Below are positions 63,239 through 64,000 of a stretch of 64,000 nt of DNA, piece after piece. Both the position numbers and the translations under genes were made by a program. The stretch spans positions 2,331,344 through 2,395,343 of the forward strand of contig NZ_LT627735.1 of assembly GCF_900101765.1 (NCBI RefSeq). Direction: 5' to 3'. A model generated the notes under the pieces. That model was not told the DNA's origin, searched no databases, and worked only from the letters and a program-made list of their open reading frames with translations. The stretch comes from Nonlabens sp. Hel1_33_55. GTDB taxonomy: Bacteria; Bacteroidota; Bacteroidia; Flavobacteriales; Flavobacteriaceae. Within the stretch, counting starts at the first letter, position 1. Every line of letters begins with the position of its first letter.

Positions 63239-63601
63239 ATGGCAGAACATAATGATTTAGGTTCCACAGGTGAAGATCTTGCCGCCGCGCATCTACTGAA
63301 AAAAGGGTATCAAATACTTACCAGAAATTACACCTACTTAAAAGGCGAGATTGATATCATTGCTAGAATGAAAGATGTTATTGTCATTGTTGAGGTAAAG
63401 ACTAGATCTACTCCAGACTTTGGAGATCCTCAAGACTTTTTAAAGCCCTTACAAATCAAAAGACTCGTTGAAACAGCCCACCATTTTGTGGAGGAACTAG
63501 GAGAAAATGATGTAGAAGTTCGTTTTGATATTGTGGCCATCATAAAAAATAAGGCTGGAACTAACATCGAGCATTTAGAAGATGCCTTCTACCACTTTTA
63601 A
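63239..63601 (+). CDS. yraN: YraN-family (UPF0102) endonuclease-like protein
   Basis: GEIDIIARMKDVIVIVEVKTRS motif. Confidence 0.75.
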   Translation: MAEHNDLGSTGEDLAAAHLLKKGYQILTRNYTYLKGEIDIIARMKDVIVIVEVKTRSTPDFGDPQDFLKPLQIKRLVETAHHFVEELGENDVEVRFDIVAIIKNKAGTNIEHLEDAFYHF

Positions 63602-63648
63602 ACCAAAAATGCGCTCGTTGAGCGCATTCTTATAATTCTTAGAATACT

Positions 63649-64000
63649 TTAATTATCAGTTTTGAGCTCATTAACGGTTTCCTTTGCTTCTTCTATTGCT
63701 TCATTTACGTTGTCTTGCTCTGTAATCTCTTTTACAAGGTAAACGTACACTGGGAAGTGATCGCTGTAACCACCTGTGAAAGTACTGCCTAGAAAGCTTC
63801 TGTAAGGATATCCTTTGTATTGGCCAGTTTTATTACTCATAAAACTTGGATTGTAAATATGAGATTGCCAGTACTGGTAGCCGGTTTGATTGGCTTCAGT
63901 CAGCATAGGGTAAGTAAACATAATCTGGTCAAATACATTACCTGCATCTCTATAAAATAAAGTGCTGTAACCATCCTTATGCATTTGCATGTATGGATTG
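63649..64000 (-). CDS. Endonuclease/exonuclease/phosphatase-family protein (C-terminal part; N-terminus beyond the window)
   Basis: The C-terminal SDHFPVYVYL motif is typical of the EEP superfamily. The ORF is open to the window edge. Confidence 0.45.
   Translation of the reverse strand, partial: NPYMQMHKDGYSTLFYRDAGNVFDQIMFTYPMLTEANQTGYQYWQSHIYNPSFMSNKTGQYKGYPYRSFLGSTFTGGYSDHFPVYVYLVKEITEQDNVNEAIEEAKETVNELKTDN

Noticed and set aside
1-64000. Searched for tRNA/rRNA genes, CRISPR arrays, IS elements/transposases and integrases
   Set aside because: No cloverleaf-compatible tRNA sequence, no rRNA-like stretch, no regularly spaced repeat-spacer array and no transposase or integrase ORF were seen. 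The only mobile-like content is the MITE-like family with the GIY-YIG gene.

Overview
This 64-kb window is a gene-dense chromosomal segment (about 40% GC). It looks like a Bacteroidetes / Flavobacteriia genome, based on a T9SS PorP/SprF gene, a DUF3098-uppP-truB neighbourhood, TAnnTTTG-type -7 promoter boxes and a TPP-riboswitch-controlled TonB-dependent receptor.

Core genes that can be recognised:
- yhhQ-like queuosine-precursor transporter (partial at the window edge)
- a fused HPPK(folK)-deoxynucleoside kinase ORF with no canonical start codon
- SpoU methyltransferase, PorP/SprF, NifU-like protein, dodecin, tsaB
- a MacAB/TolC-type efflux operon (ATPase, two FtsX-like permeases, two adaptors, TolC)
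- a cytochrome-oxidase accessory cluster (DUF420, SCO1, cox subunit IV, cox subunit III, a cox-III-like protein, heme o synthase)
- leuS, ftsX, DUF3098, uppP, truB
- a DtxR-regulated Mn/Zn ABC (Tro-like) operon
- enoyl-CoA hydratase, sensor histidine kinase, aldo/keto reductase, acyl-ACP desaturase, plsC, bacilliredoxin, ankyrin protein, HIT protein, greA
- a TPP-riboswitch-regulated TonB receptor, pirin, metG, LD-carboxypeptidase, yraN

Features that are not routine:
1. A perfect 16-bp palindrome, CGCTTTCGCGAAAGCG, occurs 14 times exactly plus 7 times with one mismatch. Half of the copies are in intergenic or 5' regions, and half are read in-frame inside genes including leuS and metG. It is a candidate highly iterated palindrome or global operator.
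2. A membrane-stress-like cluster at 27.9-38.9 kb: an XRE regulator divergent from YbjN-PspA-NfeD(YqiJ)-flotillin, followed by a 1670-aa protein with a C-terminal AAA+ (MoxR/AAA_5-like) module.
3. A MITE-like inverted-repeat family (TGTCAGTCTGAGCTTGTCGAAGACG) that flanks a small GIY-YIG nuclease gene between the flotillin and giant genes. One copy sits in-frame inside the giant ORF, and diverged copies occur elsewhere.
4. A 19-unit heptanucleotide SSR upstream of plsC.

No rRNA, tRNA, CRISPR or transposase genes were seen.
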